A stretch of DNA of 64,000 nucleotides from Octopus vulgaris (lineage: Eukaryota). Location of the stretch: positions 11,036,001-11,100,000 of the forward strand of contig OX597839.1 of NCBI GenBank assembly GCA_951406725.2. Reading direction: 5' to 3'. The translations under genes were made by a program, and so were the position numbers. Below, piece after piece: positions 1 through 11,259 of this stretch (the first letter of the stretch is position 1; every line of letters begins with the position of its first letter). Under the pieces are notes generated by a model, which had not been told where the DNA came from, did not search any database, and worked only from the letters and a program-made list of their open reading frames with translations.

Positions 1-842
1 GTCCTGGGGCTAAACAACAACAACAACAGCTAATACTACTACCATTATCATCATCATCATCATAATCATCATCTCCACCACCATCACTGCTAGTAGCAAA
101 TCAACATTGTTTAATCTCTTTGGTCGATAAAATCCGTTGGCAATAAAGACTGAAAAATCAATCAAATGACACGAAATATTTCACTTTTGTGAGTTTGGGA
201 GATCAATACCTTTGTGTGTGTATGTGTGTGTGTGTGCTTTAAGTGACTATGAGGTGGGAGTTTTTTTTTGTTATTTTATTTGATGGTGATGTTCTGTTGT
301 TTCTTGTCTGTTTAAAGCAGCCATACCTCACTTAGCCTTCCCCCTTGTCTCTCTCTCTCTTTCTCTCTCACTCTATGTTGCTCTCTCTCTCTCTCTGCAT
401 GGTTAGTCATGTGTGTCTGTTTTATATTAGTGTTCATATATTTGGTTTTGTTTATATGTTAATATATTTATGTATAGGTGTGCATATGTATGTGTGTGTG
501 TGTGCTCACATACACACACCCATACACACATCCATATATAGGCATACATACTCATATATGTGAATACACAGACACATATGTAGGCATCTACATGTCTCTC
601 TTTCCCTTCATTACCACACAGAAGCACATGTTCAAGGTTCTCTTTTTAAGGCAACCAGTCATTTCTTGGGGTCACTTACTGAAAGCAGGTCCTTATTTCA
701 GAATATTATTTCATTAACCCCCCACCCATCACACACTAATGTACTGATCTACTAAACATTGGAATGGGTAGATGTTTCATTTTCTGTGAATTCCTTAATA
801 TCAAAGGTATGTAACATTTTCTCTTAGTGTTTTGTAACTTAA

Positions 843-1063
843 CCCTTTAGTGTTTGCATTATTCTGCCAAAATTAATCCTTTTTTATCCAAATCGTTTTG
901 AACTAATCATGCATTATCTTGTAGCTATGAGATTTTGATGAGGTAGCTGTTAATTTTTAAAACAATATTGTAGGGTTGGTGTGAGAGATCAGATCTGGCC
1001 AGTTTGAACATAAAACAGTCAGAATACATCTGGCCGGATATGGCCAGTTTAAATGCTAAAGGG
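843..1063. mobile_element. piggyBac-type MITE, family A (221 bp)
   Basis: TTAA at 839-842 and 1064-1067; termini CCCTTTAG...CTAAAGGG; homologous copies at 22455 and 37352. Confidence 0.9.
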
Positions 1064-1440
1064 TTAAACGTGGGAGTATAAAATTGTCTATAAAATACTG
1101 AAATTATATAGGTAATACTTTGTCTGCGGTGATTGTGTGGTTAACCAAGACGAGATTTGTGTACTCTTTAACCTATTTGCATAAGTTTGTCATGACATGT
1201 CAAAGTCAACTTGTTATCATTAAGAAAAGTCTTCCTGCTCCATTGAAACATCAGTTCTAATGAATTGTGCAAATGTTAGTGTCTGAAGGATTGTGATATT
1301 CACGCTTGCATGGTAGTCAATGGTTCACCAGGAACACCTGTATGCATATGTATGTCTCATCATCATCATCATTGTTTAACATCTGTTTTTCCATGCTCAC
1401 CTGCGTTGAACTGTTTGATAGGAGCTGTCCTGGATCCAAT

Positions 1441-1803
1441 TACTCTTTACTCTTTTACTTGTTTCAGTCATTTGACTGTGGCCATGCTGGAGCACCGTCT
1501 TTAGTCGAGCAAATCGACCTCAGGATTTATTCTTTGTAAGCCTAGTACTTATTCTGCCGGTTCTCTTTCGCCGAACCACTAAGTTACTTAATCCGTTTGT
1601 CTGTCCTTGTTTGTCCCCTCTGTGTAGTAAAGAAACAGGTATTTCGTCTGTCTTTATGTTCTGAGTTCAAATTCTGCAGAGGTCAACTTTACCGTTCATC
1701 CTTTTGGTGGTCAATAAATTAAGTACCAGTTGCATACTGGGTTCGATCTAATTGACTGGCCCCCTCCCTCAAAATTTCGAGCCTTGTGCCTAGAGTAGAA
1801 AAC
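1441..1803. mobile_element. Composite of a SINE-A 3' tail (minus, 1441-1588) and SINE-B fragments (plus, ~1586-1803)
   Basis: Matches the SINE-A tail (TTACTTGTTTCAGTCATTTGACTG...) and the SINE-B body and tail (GAGTTCAAATT...GAGGTCAACTT...) of fuller copies in this window. Confidence 0.75.
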
Positions 1804-2649
1804 AAAATATGTGTGTGTGTGTGTCTGTTAGCATTGTTGTTTATTTACAAAGTTTTCTCTGCAACCACATGGTTTCTGGCTCAGTAGAACTGGTTGTTAG
1901 GGTTTGTGTGTGTGTGTGATGTTTGACTGAATGTGTACTCCCTTTATTTGGTTTTAAGCAAAGTGTCACCATTTGTAGAAAACAGTGTCATTTGCACTTC
2001 TCTGCAAAAGCATGCTGCAAAATGAATTCCTCTCCAACTCATGCTAGCGTAGTAAAGCAGATATAAATAAACAAACATATCATATGTTCTTTAGCTTGTT
2101 TCAACCATCTTACGATCATGCCAGGGCAGAACACTTTTCAGATAAATTTTTATTCCTAGTTAACCCTGGGAGTGGTAAAGTGAGTGGCAAGGCTTAGTCT
2201 TTGAAAGGTTGTCGAAATTCTCAAGTTAGCGATAATGTTTTGGATTGGGTAATTGAATGAAGTAGGTGAAAAATAAATAAGGTTCTTAAGTTTTTTTTTT
2301 TCGTGAATGCTTGTACATATCTGATAGCATAAGAACTACTAAGTGGGTGCTAAAAATATCTTAAGTTGAGACCAAATTGGATTGAGGTCAACCATACCTT
2401 TTAAAAAGACAGAATGACAAAATTGTGTGGCAAATGTTAGCAATAGTTTTCTGCTATTTTGAAACTGTGTTTGTGTTTGTGTGACTCATCCAATGACAAG
2501 AATGATATGTCAAAATGACCAAGTAAAGTTATGTGCATGACCTTTCAGAGAATAAAAGATGTGAATTTGTATCCAAATGCTGGCATTGTGCAGTGTCTTC
2601 CTTGTAACCTGTTAAGTAAGCATCATCATCTTCTTTTGACTGACATTAA

Positions 2650-2870
2650 TCCCTTTGTTACCAACCCGGCTGAAACCGGCTCTAGCTCTGTAGGACAAAT
2701 GTCTTGTTTTCATAAATTTTGGATTAAAATCTTCCACTAAATCTCAGTCACAATTTATGTTCCTAACACTAGCTCAATGATAACTGAGTTATTTTACTAA
2801 ATTCCTTGTTACATCTAAAATAATTGAAAGAAACACAGAGCATCTCAAAATAAATACGGTAACGAAAGGG
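2650..2870. mobile_element. piggyBac-type MITE, family B (221 bp)
   Basis: TTAA at 2646-2649 and 2871-2874; TIR ~CCCTTTCGTTACC/GGTAACGAAAGGG; copies at 16224, 26845 and 60856. Confidence 0.9.
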
Positions 2871-3012
2871 TTAAAGTACTTTCAGATGTTTGGACTACAT
2901 GACAGCTGTATCAGTTTCACCAGTCTTGGTGGACTTGTAAAGGTCATCAGAACTGTGTTGTTTCTGGACTAACCAATGAAGGAACCTCTACATAGCTATT
3001 AACCTGTTAAAC

Positions 3013-3350
3013 CTGGGGTCTCCACCATTTTTTTTATATCTGGGCCCCTTTGATTACTATTTTATTCTGGTGGATCCCCATAGCTATTTGATGCCGAAAA
3101 ACTAGTTTTATAGAAACTTCTTTCAAAATTTCAATTTTGTTTTTCACACTAAATTGTGTTGGCTGAGCTTATGTAAAATATTAGAGAAAGAAACCAAGGA
3201 GTTCCTTGTAAAACATACCAATACATACATCTAAATCAAAATTTTTTCAGTGGCCCTTTTGGATCCCCAATTTGTTACTTTGTTGTGTGCACCTTGAAAA
3301 ATCTCATATGGACCCTCAGGAGCCATATGGACCCTGGTTGAGAACCACTG
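3013..3350. mobile_element. hAT (Charlie-like) non-autonomous element nested in an old SINE-E copy (~2975-3530)
   Basis: Right end GGTTGAGAACCACTG (revcomp CAGTGGTTCTCAACC, a typical hAT-Charlie terminus); degenerate left end CTGGGGTCTCCACC; imperfect 8-bp TSD TGTTAAAC/TGTTAAGA. Confidence 0.7.
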
Positions 3351-4287
3351 TGTTAAGATAGTAGTCAAATGTCCCTCAAGTGATATTGCTCAGTTTTTTT
3401 TAAGGGCCTGACACATTGTACACTGTAGCCCTAGTTTCACTATGTTTTAAAAACAAAACAAATTGATCAAAGCTTGTACGTTTCATTGATAGGTCTGTTC
3501 AGTCAGGTTGACCTGGAACTAAACATTACCACCATAAAAATAAAAATAAAATGCAGTGTGAAGTTTGATTGCTGATAAATAATCTAATGCTATAAATGTA
3601 CAAAAAGCGAATGTATTTCTCACCAGTTTTTCCACGAAAATGAATACAAAAAATAAAAATAATAAAAATTTTAAGAAATGATACAAACAAATTTGTAATT
3701 TGTCTACGAGGAATTCAGTTGTGTTTACTTGTGTTGATGTTTTGTTTTATGGTAAATGATGAAAAAATTTTTTCATGTCCCCCTCTAGATACTGTTATTG
3801 TTTTTGGGAAAGTGACGTCACTACACCTGTTCCAAATACCAGACTGCCATACTTTTCATTTGTCTGCTTGGTTTCCCATACATTGTAATAACAAACACTT
3901 GAACATGTCCACTTTTCAGTCTGTCTTTTGAATCCACTATGGTGTGGATTCCACATCATAAACAGGGCAGCAGTTCCTGTGTATTTAGTTGATCTTGGTG
4001 ATTGTTAACTCACTTGCTTTGGTGATCTCTCCATCCCACTTCACCATTACACATAGACAGAAATATAGACACTAACAGTATATCACACACAAGCATGCAA
4101 TTGCATTTTACTTGGACAAAGTAAATATTTTTGTTATTGTAGCATATGACTATATGTGTGAGATTCACTTCCCAAAGGCTCTTGTATGTTGATTAATTTG
4201 CTCTCCTGTAAGTTGTAAATTCTCCATTCACCTCCATTCTACTATATAAGCAAGCAGAACTACTGATACACACACACACACACAAGG

Positions 4288-4926
4288 ATTATTATTATTA
4301 TTATTCTTTTTTTAACTCAGGTTTTGTTGAAACTCCTAGAGTCTTGCATGCATAGTGGGCTTGCTGCCTGTAGCCTACGGTTCCATGCTATCTGTTTTTT
4401 TACAACTATCTAATACTTTCCTGCTTATTCTGGTTGTGCCAAGGAGGCAAACCTTTTGTAACAGCTCTACTGGGCACTCTCTTTACACTCTTTTACTTGT
4501 TTCAGTCATTTGACTGTGGCCATGCTGGAGCACCACCTTTTTAGTTGAGCAAATCGACCCCAGGACTTATTCTTTGTAAGCCTAGTACTTATTCTATCGG
4601 TCTCTTTTGCCGAACTGCTAAGTTACAGGGACGTAAACACACCAGCATCGGTTGTCAAGCGAGGTTGGGGGGAGAAATAGACACACACATATATATATAT
4701 ACATATATATGACGGGCTTCTTTCAGTTTCCGTCTACCGAATTCACTCACAAGGCTTTGGTTGGCCCGAGGCTATAGTAGAAGACACTTGCCCAAGGTGC
4801 CACGCAGTGGGACTGAACCGGGACCATGTGGTTGGTAAGCAAGCTACTTACCACACAGCCGCTCCTACGTCTATTGCTTAGTTTTGGAGGTTGGGGGGAG
4901 AAATACAGACACACAAACACATACAC

Positions 4927-4957
<31 letters not shown>

Positions 4958-5173
4958 TACGACAGGCTTCTTTCAGTTTCCGTCTACCAAATCCATTCAC
5001 AAGGCTTTGGTCGGCCCGAGACTATAGTAGATGACACTTGCCCAAGATGCCACTCAGTGGAACTGAACCCGGAACCATGTGGTTCGTAAGCAAGCTACTT
5101 ACCACACAGCCACTCCTACGCCTATTCCAATTTCCTTTATATTCCTCTTGATGCCCTTCGATACTCTCCCCAA
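4288..5173 (-). mobile_element. 3' end of an R4/Dong-type (RLE) non-LTR retrotransposon, split by a SINE-A insertion
   Basis: Joining 5173-5122 to 4478-4400 reads LGRVSKGIKRNIKEIGI|ECPVELLQKVCLLGTTRISRKVLD, matching the R4/Dong C-terminal LQKxxLLGTxRIxRKVL motif; ends in an (AAT)n tail at 4288-4305. Confidence 0.8.
4479..5123 (-). mobile_element. SINE-A (tRNA-derived) with a duplicated 5' half
   Basis: Two heads with A-box TGGCTGTGTGG-like and B-box GGTTCAGT-like motifs (ending ~4872 and ~5123), internal (AC)/(AT) microsatellite, single GTAAAAGAG tail. Confidence 0.9.
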
Positions 5174-5997
5174 ATATTGTTGTTATTGAATATAATGTGC
5201 TGTTCAAGTGGAATCAAATTTAATAAGTTTCAAAATACCTCTACCTCTGTTACTGTTCACAGTTAAAAATTTTTTTTTTATTATTATTCATCTGTCAATC
5301 ACGCTGTTGCTCTGACACGATATGTGATCATCCTCCCCACATTTTCCCCTACTTACCACTCCTTCCTTTCTGCATTGCACATTGGATTATAACTTCTGTT
5401 GACATAACATCTCCACCTCAAATGCTGTTCACAACAAACTAATAAACTCCTCTTCGGTTGTTATGTTAAACAAGAGACGACGAGGTTTATAGCCTGATCA
5501 ATGCACATCATTCTAGTGATAACTCATCTCGGATATATCTGTTTGTAATTTTAACGCTTTCAAGTATGCTGCAGTCGACATGTCTCCAGTAAAACCACTT
5601 GAAAATAACTCAGGTCCATACTGTTATATATATATATATATATATTGTTATTATTATTATTTTTATTACTATTTTATAAAAAATTTTTTTCACCTTTTAT
5701 CTTCTACTTGGAGTGTTATATATAATTTTCATTGATTGGAATAGCTTTTATGTGTGTATATGTGCATTCTTCTGTAGGTATTCATTTGTGTGTATGTATA
5801 CTTATGTGTGTGTGTGTGTTGGTTGATAAAATAGGGTGAATAGAATTCAGGATGTATATATTTATGTTTTTATTATTTTTTAGCCAGCTGAAAGTTTGAA
5901 AAAGTGACCATGGGCTGAGAGTTTCATGCATGGCACTTAATTTGATAAGTGCTGTGCACAAAACCCTTGGGCCTTGTGTCACTTTTGTAACTTACTG

Positions 5998-6300
5998 TCA
6001 TCATCATCATCAATCATCAATCATCAACATTTAATGTCTGTTTCCCATGCTGGCATAGGCTGGATGGCTTGACAGGAACTGGCAAAGCCAGGGCTGCACC
6101 AGGTTCCATATTCTGTTTTGGCTTGATTTCTACAGCTGGATGTCCTTCCTATTTCCAACCACTTTATAGAGTGTGCTGGGTGCTTTTTACATAGCGCCAT
6201 CACTAATACTTTTTATGTGGCACCTTGGTTTTAGGATCTCAGTTCTGTTGTGGTAGGTGGATCTTATTGAATACAGCAATGCGCCTCGTCTCAGACCTCT
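5998..6300 (-). mobile_element. SINE-C fragment with (TGA)n tail
   Basis: Core GTGGTTGG..TAGGAAG.ACATCCAGC.GTAGAAA and tail CCAGCATGG.AAACAGACATTAAATG(ATG)n shared with copies at 19204, 22770 and 35672. Confidence 0.75.
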
Positions 6301-6330
6301 GCCAATTATATATATATATATATATATATA

Positions 6331-6552
6331 TTCATTCAAATGAATATGGTACTTATGTTAGATGCACCAGAATTTTGTATGGTGTTATCCATATAAATCC
6401 ATGGGGTAATTATAATCAAAATAAGCAACAAGAATATCTCCGGTAATTTGGTATGATCGTTTCACGCTACATCATTTTATTAAATATTGTAAGTATTACA
6501 ACAGTTTTAAAATGTTGAGCAATCATCAGCCAATTTATAGAGGTTTCCCATT
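6331..6552 (-). mobile_element. Penelope-like element fragment inserted in (TA)n
   Basis: Flanked on both sides by (TA)n; contains a type-I hammerhead core with a palindromic stem III, as is typical of Penelope-like elements. Confidence 0.65.
6444..6537 (-). ncRNA. Type I hammerhead ribozyme motif (probably mutated)
   Basis: Minus strand UAAAUUGG-CUGAUGA (6529-6523)-long stem II-GAAA (6463-6460)-CGAUCA-UA|CCAAAUUA; stem I pairs 7/8. Confidence 0.65.
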
Positions 6553-7464
6553 AATATATATATATATATATATATACATACTCGCCTCCTTCTGCTATGC
6601 TTCATCTTAACACCTTGCATATCTCCTATCATTCCCAGTGTTCTCTCTTGTCTACCACCACACTCACTGTAGCTGTTACTTATGTACCTCTACCTTTTCC
6701 TCACCACCACTCCTGTGCCTTGCTTGTCATCTCCCTGTACAATGGTCACTGAGCCATTTCTATTTCTCTCTTCTTACTCCTCACTCATAGTGATGTTTTC
6801 CATCAAGATGCACCCTATCACTCACTATATTTCCCTCTACCTCCCCATATCTAACCATCTGTAACTATCCTCCTCTGATCCACTGCCCATTTTATCTCTT
6901 GCTTCTTGAGAATATTTTGGTATGGAAACCCATTGCTACCACTTCCCCTTATACGCTAACCCAACCCTATATAAATGCAGAATAGTCAGCCAAGTATTTT
7001 CTCCATAGCAATACATTTACGCTTGTCCATGGCGTAAAATCTCTTCACCCTCTCAAATACTCCCCAGTGCCATCAACATGAAAGAAGCTCCCAGCCCACA
7101 CTGTAAAATGTGGCTCGTACTTCCACTAATGTAACAGCAGTCATATTTTCTTTTATGCAACCATAATGGTATGCAGCTACAGGAAGAATCTGACCTTTGT
7201 GGATCCTTCAGACTTGCATGCCCATACAGACTCAATCTGATTCACTTGCAATTTCTGATCATGTTGCCTTGACAACCTGTCTGTATTGTCTCACAAGGAT
7301 CATGTTGAGTTAAGGGCGAACAAGGGTCACAGTCCATGACTGTGATTCTTGTATTAGAACGAAAATTGTTTGGCATGTTCTAGGAGAGTTTTTGGCCTGG
7401 GGTCTAGGGATAATTTCAGAAATCTCTGGATGGTTGTGCTACCAAGAGAATTTGCTGATTCAAA

Positions 7465-7620
7465 ATGAACTCTACAGCCATGAAGGTGATGTCATTTGGA
7501 GCTGCCCAAGATATACACAGAGCAACAAAACCATTCTGCATGCACTCATTCAATGTTAGGACATTGCTGACTTCAGGTGTTCCGAAGAACAGCTGTAGAA
7601 GAGATCTAGCCATCAGCTGA
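7465..7620 (+). pseudogene. Possible start of an RTE-clade LINE ORF (APE endonuclease N-terminus), truncated
   Basis: Reads MNSTAMKVMSFGAAQDIHRATKPFCMHSFNVRTL...; FNVRTL (7549-7566) is the first conserved motif of RTE endonucleases; similarity is lost afterwards. Confidence 0.4.
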
Positions 7621-7842
7621 AACCATTAGGGATAACTCCACCAATTTTACCCTCAGTTGGAAACAAGCACCAGTTTTCCTGTCTCTAATGGGCATGGCAT
7701 AATAGATTGTGCTGGAGTTTGCTTTTCATCCTTTTGGGGTTAGTAAAATTAGTACCAACTGGGGTTGATTTAATCAACTTAACCCTCTCCCCTGAAATTG
7801 CTGGCCTTGTGCCAAAATTTGAAAGCATCATTATTATAATTG

Positions 7843-8046
7843 TTACTCTTTTACTTGTTTCAGTCATTTGACTGTGGCCATGCTGGAGCACCGCCTTTAG
7901 TCGAGCAAATCGACCCCAGGACTTATTCTTTGTAAGCCCAGTACTTATTCTATCGGTCTCTTTTGCTGAACCGCTAAGTGACGGGGATGTAAACACACCA
8001 GCATCGGTTGTCAAGCAATGCTAGGGGGACAAACACAGACACACAA

Positions 8047-8079
<33 letters not shown>

Positions 8080-8238
8080 CATATATATGACAGGCTTCTT
8101 TCAGTTTCCGTCTACCAAATCCACTCACAAGGCATTGGTCGGCCCGGAGCTATAGCAGAAGACACTTGCCCAAGATGCCGCGCAGTGGGACTGAACCCGG
8201 AACCATGTGGTTGGTTAGCAAGCTACTTACCACACAGC
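7843..8238 (-). mobile_element. SINE-A, young subfamily, 5' tip missing
   Basis: Near full length; diagnostic GGTTAGCAAGC, TAGCAGAAG and AAGATGCC shared with 19421 and 34812. Confidence 0.9.
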
Positions 8239-8667
8239 ATGGAGAACAGACGTTAAACGATGATGATGAGGATTATTATTATTATTGTTATTGTTATTAT
8301 TATAACCATAATAATATTTGTTTTGCTGAGATACTGAACCTCTCTATTGCAGTCTGTTGGTTGCTCACATTTGTCTGCAGGAATGTTATGAAGACTCGTA
8401 CAAAAGAAACGTCTATTATTTTTCATTGTTGTTGGCTCTGCAGTGCAAATGGAATTATATTTCATTTTAATAGTCTCTGTTCTCGGCTTGCTTAGAAAGC
8501 TTACAATTCCATCTCTCGCTGTCAAAGCTATTCATTGCTCTGCCATTCGTCTCTCGTCTCGCACTTATGAAATGATCAATTTTCTTCTCCTTCTTCTCTC
8601 TTGTCTAAGAACAAACCTTTCATTGCAAAATAATATATTATTGATTTACATATTTGTTTAAAATTTT

Positions 8668-8792
8668 TATATATATATATATATATATACATATATATTT
8701 GTGTATGTGTATAAATACATATACATGTACACATGTGTGTGTATTTGTATTTATATACATGCATATACACACACACACACACACATATATAA

Positions 8793-8825
<33 letters not shown>

Positions 8826-8855
8826 GTAGTAACAGAAAATACATATATATATATG

Positions 8856-8906
<51 letters not shown>

Positions 8907-9160
8907 GTATATATATATGTATGTATGTATATATGTATGTATGTATATATATATATATATATGTATGTTTATATGTATGTATATATATATATATATGTAT
9001 GTATGTATGTATGTATATATATATATATGTATGTATGTATATATATATGTATATATATGTATGTATATGTATATATATGTATGTATATGTATATATATAT
9101 GTATGTATATGTATATATATATATGTATGTATGTATATATATATGTATATATATATATAT
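8668..9160. repeat. Compound (TA)n/(CA)n/(ATGT)n microsatellite
   Basis: Direct inspection. Confidence 0.95.
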
Positions 9161-9472
9161 TTGTTTCTGTTTTTAGGGTTTAGTTTTTCCTGTTTCTTTG
9201 TCTCACATACTGCAAAAGACATTGTGCTCAGTTTCACCGTATGCGATTTTCGTTTATTTATATATTTTTAGGTATAGTGGTAGGGAAAGGCTTGTTACAT
9301 GGTAGGTCTGTTTATGCAGATTCTGTCTGTTATTCTTTTAGTGGTTTCAGTCATTGGATTGTGCCCATACAGGAGCACCGTCTTCAAGTACATAATTCTT
9401 TATATCACCCACACCCAGTACTTTGTAAACTGGTACATTATGTGTTTGGCCATTTGTGTATGTGTGTGTCTT

Positions 9473-9851
9473 TATCTTTTACTTGTTTCAGTCATTAGAC
9501 GAAGGCCATGCTGGGGCACCGCCTTTTAGTCGAGCAAATCGACCCCAGGACTTATTCTTTGTAAGCCTAGTACTTATTCTATTGGTCTCTTTTGCTGAAC
9601 CGCTAAGTAACGGGGGCGTAAACATACCAGCATCAGTTGTCAAGTGATGTTGGGGGGACAAACACACACACACACACACATATATACGACAGGCTTCTTT
9701 CAGTTTCCGTATACCAAATCCACTCACAAGGCTTTTGTCGGCCCGAGGCTATAGTAGAAGACACTTTCCCAAGGTGCTACGCAGTGGGACTGAACCCGGG
9801 ACCATGTGGTTGGTAAGCAAGCTACTTACCACACAGCCACTCCTACGTCTA
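9473..9851 (-). mobile_element. SINE-A, full length
   Basis: tRNA-like head, internal microsatellite and tail all present. Confidence 0.9.
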
Positions 9852-10864
9852 TTGCTTAGTTTTTAGCATTGACTTTATTCTGTTTTTGCAATGGCAACAA
9901 CATACATGCATGCAGTTTTATGTGGATTATCTAGGACTACGTAGTCCAAAGCATTGTCCAGTTTATGTACAACGGCAGGAATGGTGTAATGTGGTGGACA
10001 TTTTGCTGTTATTTCAAACAGGTCATCCAACTGCTTAAAGGTTGTCAAAGTTTGCTTATTTTGTTATTGTTGCTGCTGCTGCTGTCTGCCAGCAAATCTG
10101 TTTCCAGTAACCATGGTTTCACTCCCTTCCAGAACAAATGCCATTTTTTGTAAAAGCCTGATTGCCACCATATTCCATTCCATCACTCAACTGTTTCCTC
10201 AATTTCATCAACCATTAAGGGTATTTATGCTATTGCCATTAGTTTGGTATCTTGCCTTGGCTGGCTGGCTGCCTAGGATATTTGCAGCCCCCATTCCGCT
10301 ATAACAATTAAATTGCTCATGCCTGCAAAAAGTCCTTTATCTGCATCATCTCTGTCATCGTCATCAACATAATCGCGCCACCATTATTATCATTATCACC
10401 ACTACCACCACGATTGCCATCAGTGTCTTCATCAATACCCTGTATTTTTATTAACTCTGCATTATGACCAACCAATTAAATGTAACTGGAGGTTTTACTG
10501 CAATGTCGATTGTGTGGTTTGATAAAAATGTCTTGTTTGTTTTAGCTTGGATTTGACTGGCTGATAATGGTGGTGGTGGTGGTAGGTGATGTTCAGAGTG
10601 TTGCAGCCTCCTCCTTCTCCTTTTTTTAATTCTTTCTCCTTCACCACCATCACACCCATTTTAGTCTGCCCAAATATGAACCTTATTAACCCCCTTTTGA
10701 TCGGTTATATAGCTTACACTCCTCCCTCGTTCTATCCTCTTGGTCAACATTAACACTTGGACTTCCATATCTTACATGAACGATGGGTCTCAACATTTCA
10801 GCTTCCTACCATTTTACTTTGTACTTTATAATACTACTACTATAGTAGTAGTAGTAGCAGTAGT

Positions 10865-11030
10865 AGTTCTTTCTACTATGGGCATTAGGCCTGACATTTT
10901 TTGGAGTAGGCTAGTCGATTGCATGAGTCCCAGTGTTTAACTGGCATTTAATTTATTAATCCCCCCAAAAGATGAAAGTTAAAGTCAACCTTAGTGGAAT
11001 TTGAACTCAGGATGTAAAGAGCCAGAAGAA
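10865..11030 (-). mobile_element. SINE-B, degenerate
   Basis: GATGAAAG..AAAGTCAACCT..GTGGAATTTGAACTCAG core. Confidence 0.65.
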
Positions 11031-11033
11031 ATT

Positions 11034-11259
11034 CCACTTTTGATACCGACCCACCCAAAACTGCCCCTGCCTGGTTCTATGATACAAGCTTCCTGTTTTA
11101 AAGTAATCTAAATTAAAACCTCCTATCAAAATTTTGTGTTTTATGTTCCAAACACCAGCTTTAAAATGGCAAAAATGATTTTTACTAAATTTTCCTTTCT
11201 TTTCAAAATCAGCCGAAACAAAGGCAGTGTATTTCAAGAGAACTATGGTGGCCAAAGGG
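11034..11259. mobile_element. Older piggyBac-type MITE related to family B
   Basis: Right end CAAAGGG|TTAA; internal TTTATGTTCCAAACACCAGCT aligns with family B; sister copy at 15528. Confidence 0.75.

Noticed and set aside
2903-2956. Minus-strand CUGAUGA...GAAA hammerhead-like motif
   Set aside because: Stem II does not close next to the core and the UH site is out of register with stem I; at best a heavily decayed relic.
8638-9271. Long ORFs (199-205 aa) and similar ones at 25.5, 38.5, 43-44, 50, 58 and 59 kb
   Set aside because: These are translations of stop-free microsatellites ([12 protein letters not shown], poly-Y/L/I) with no protein-like complexity.
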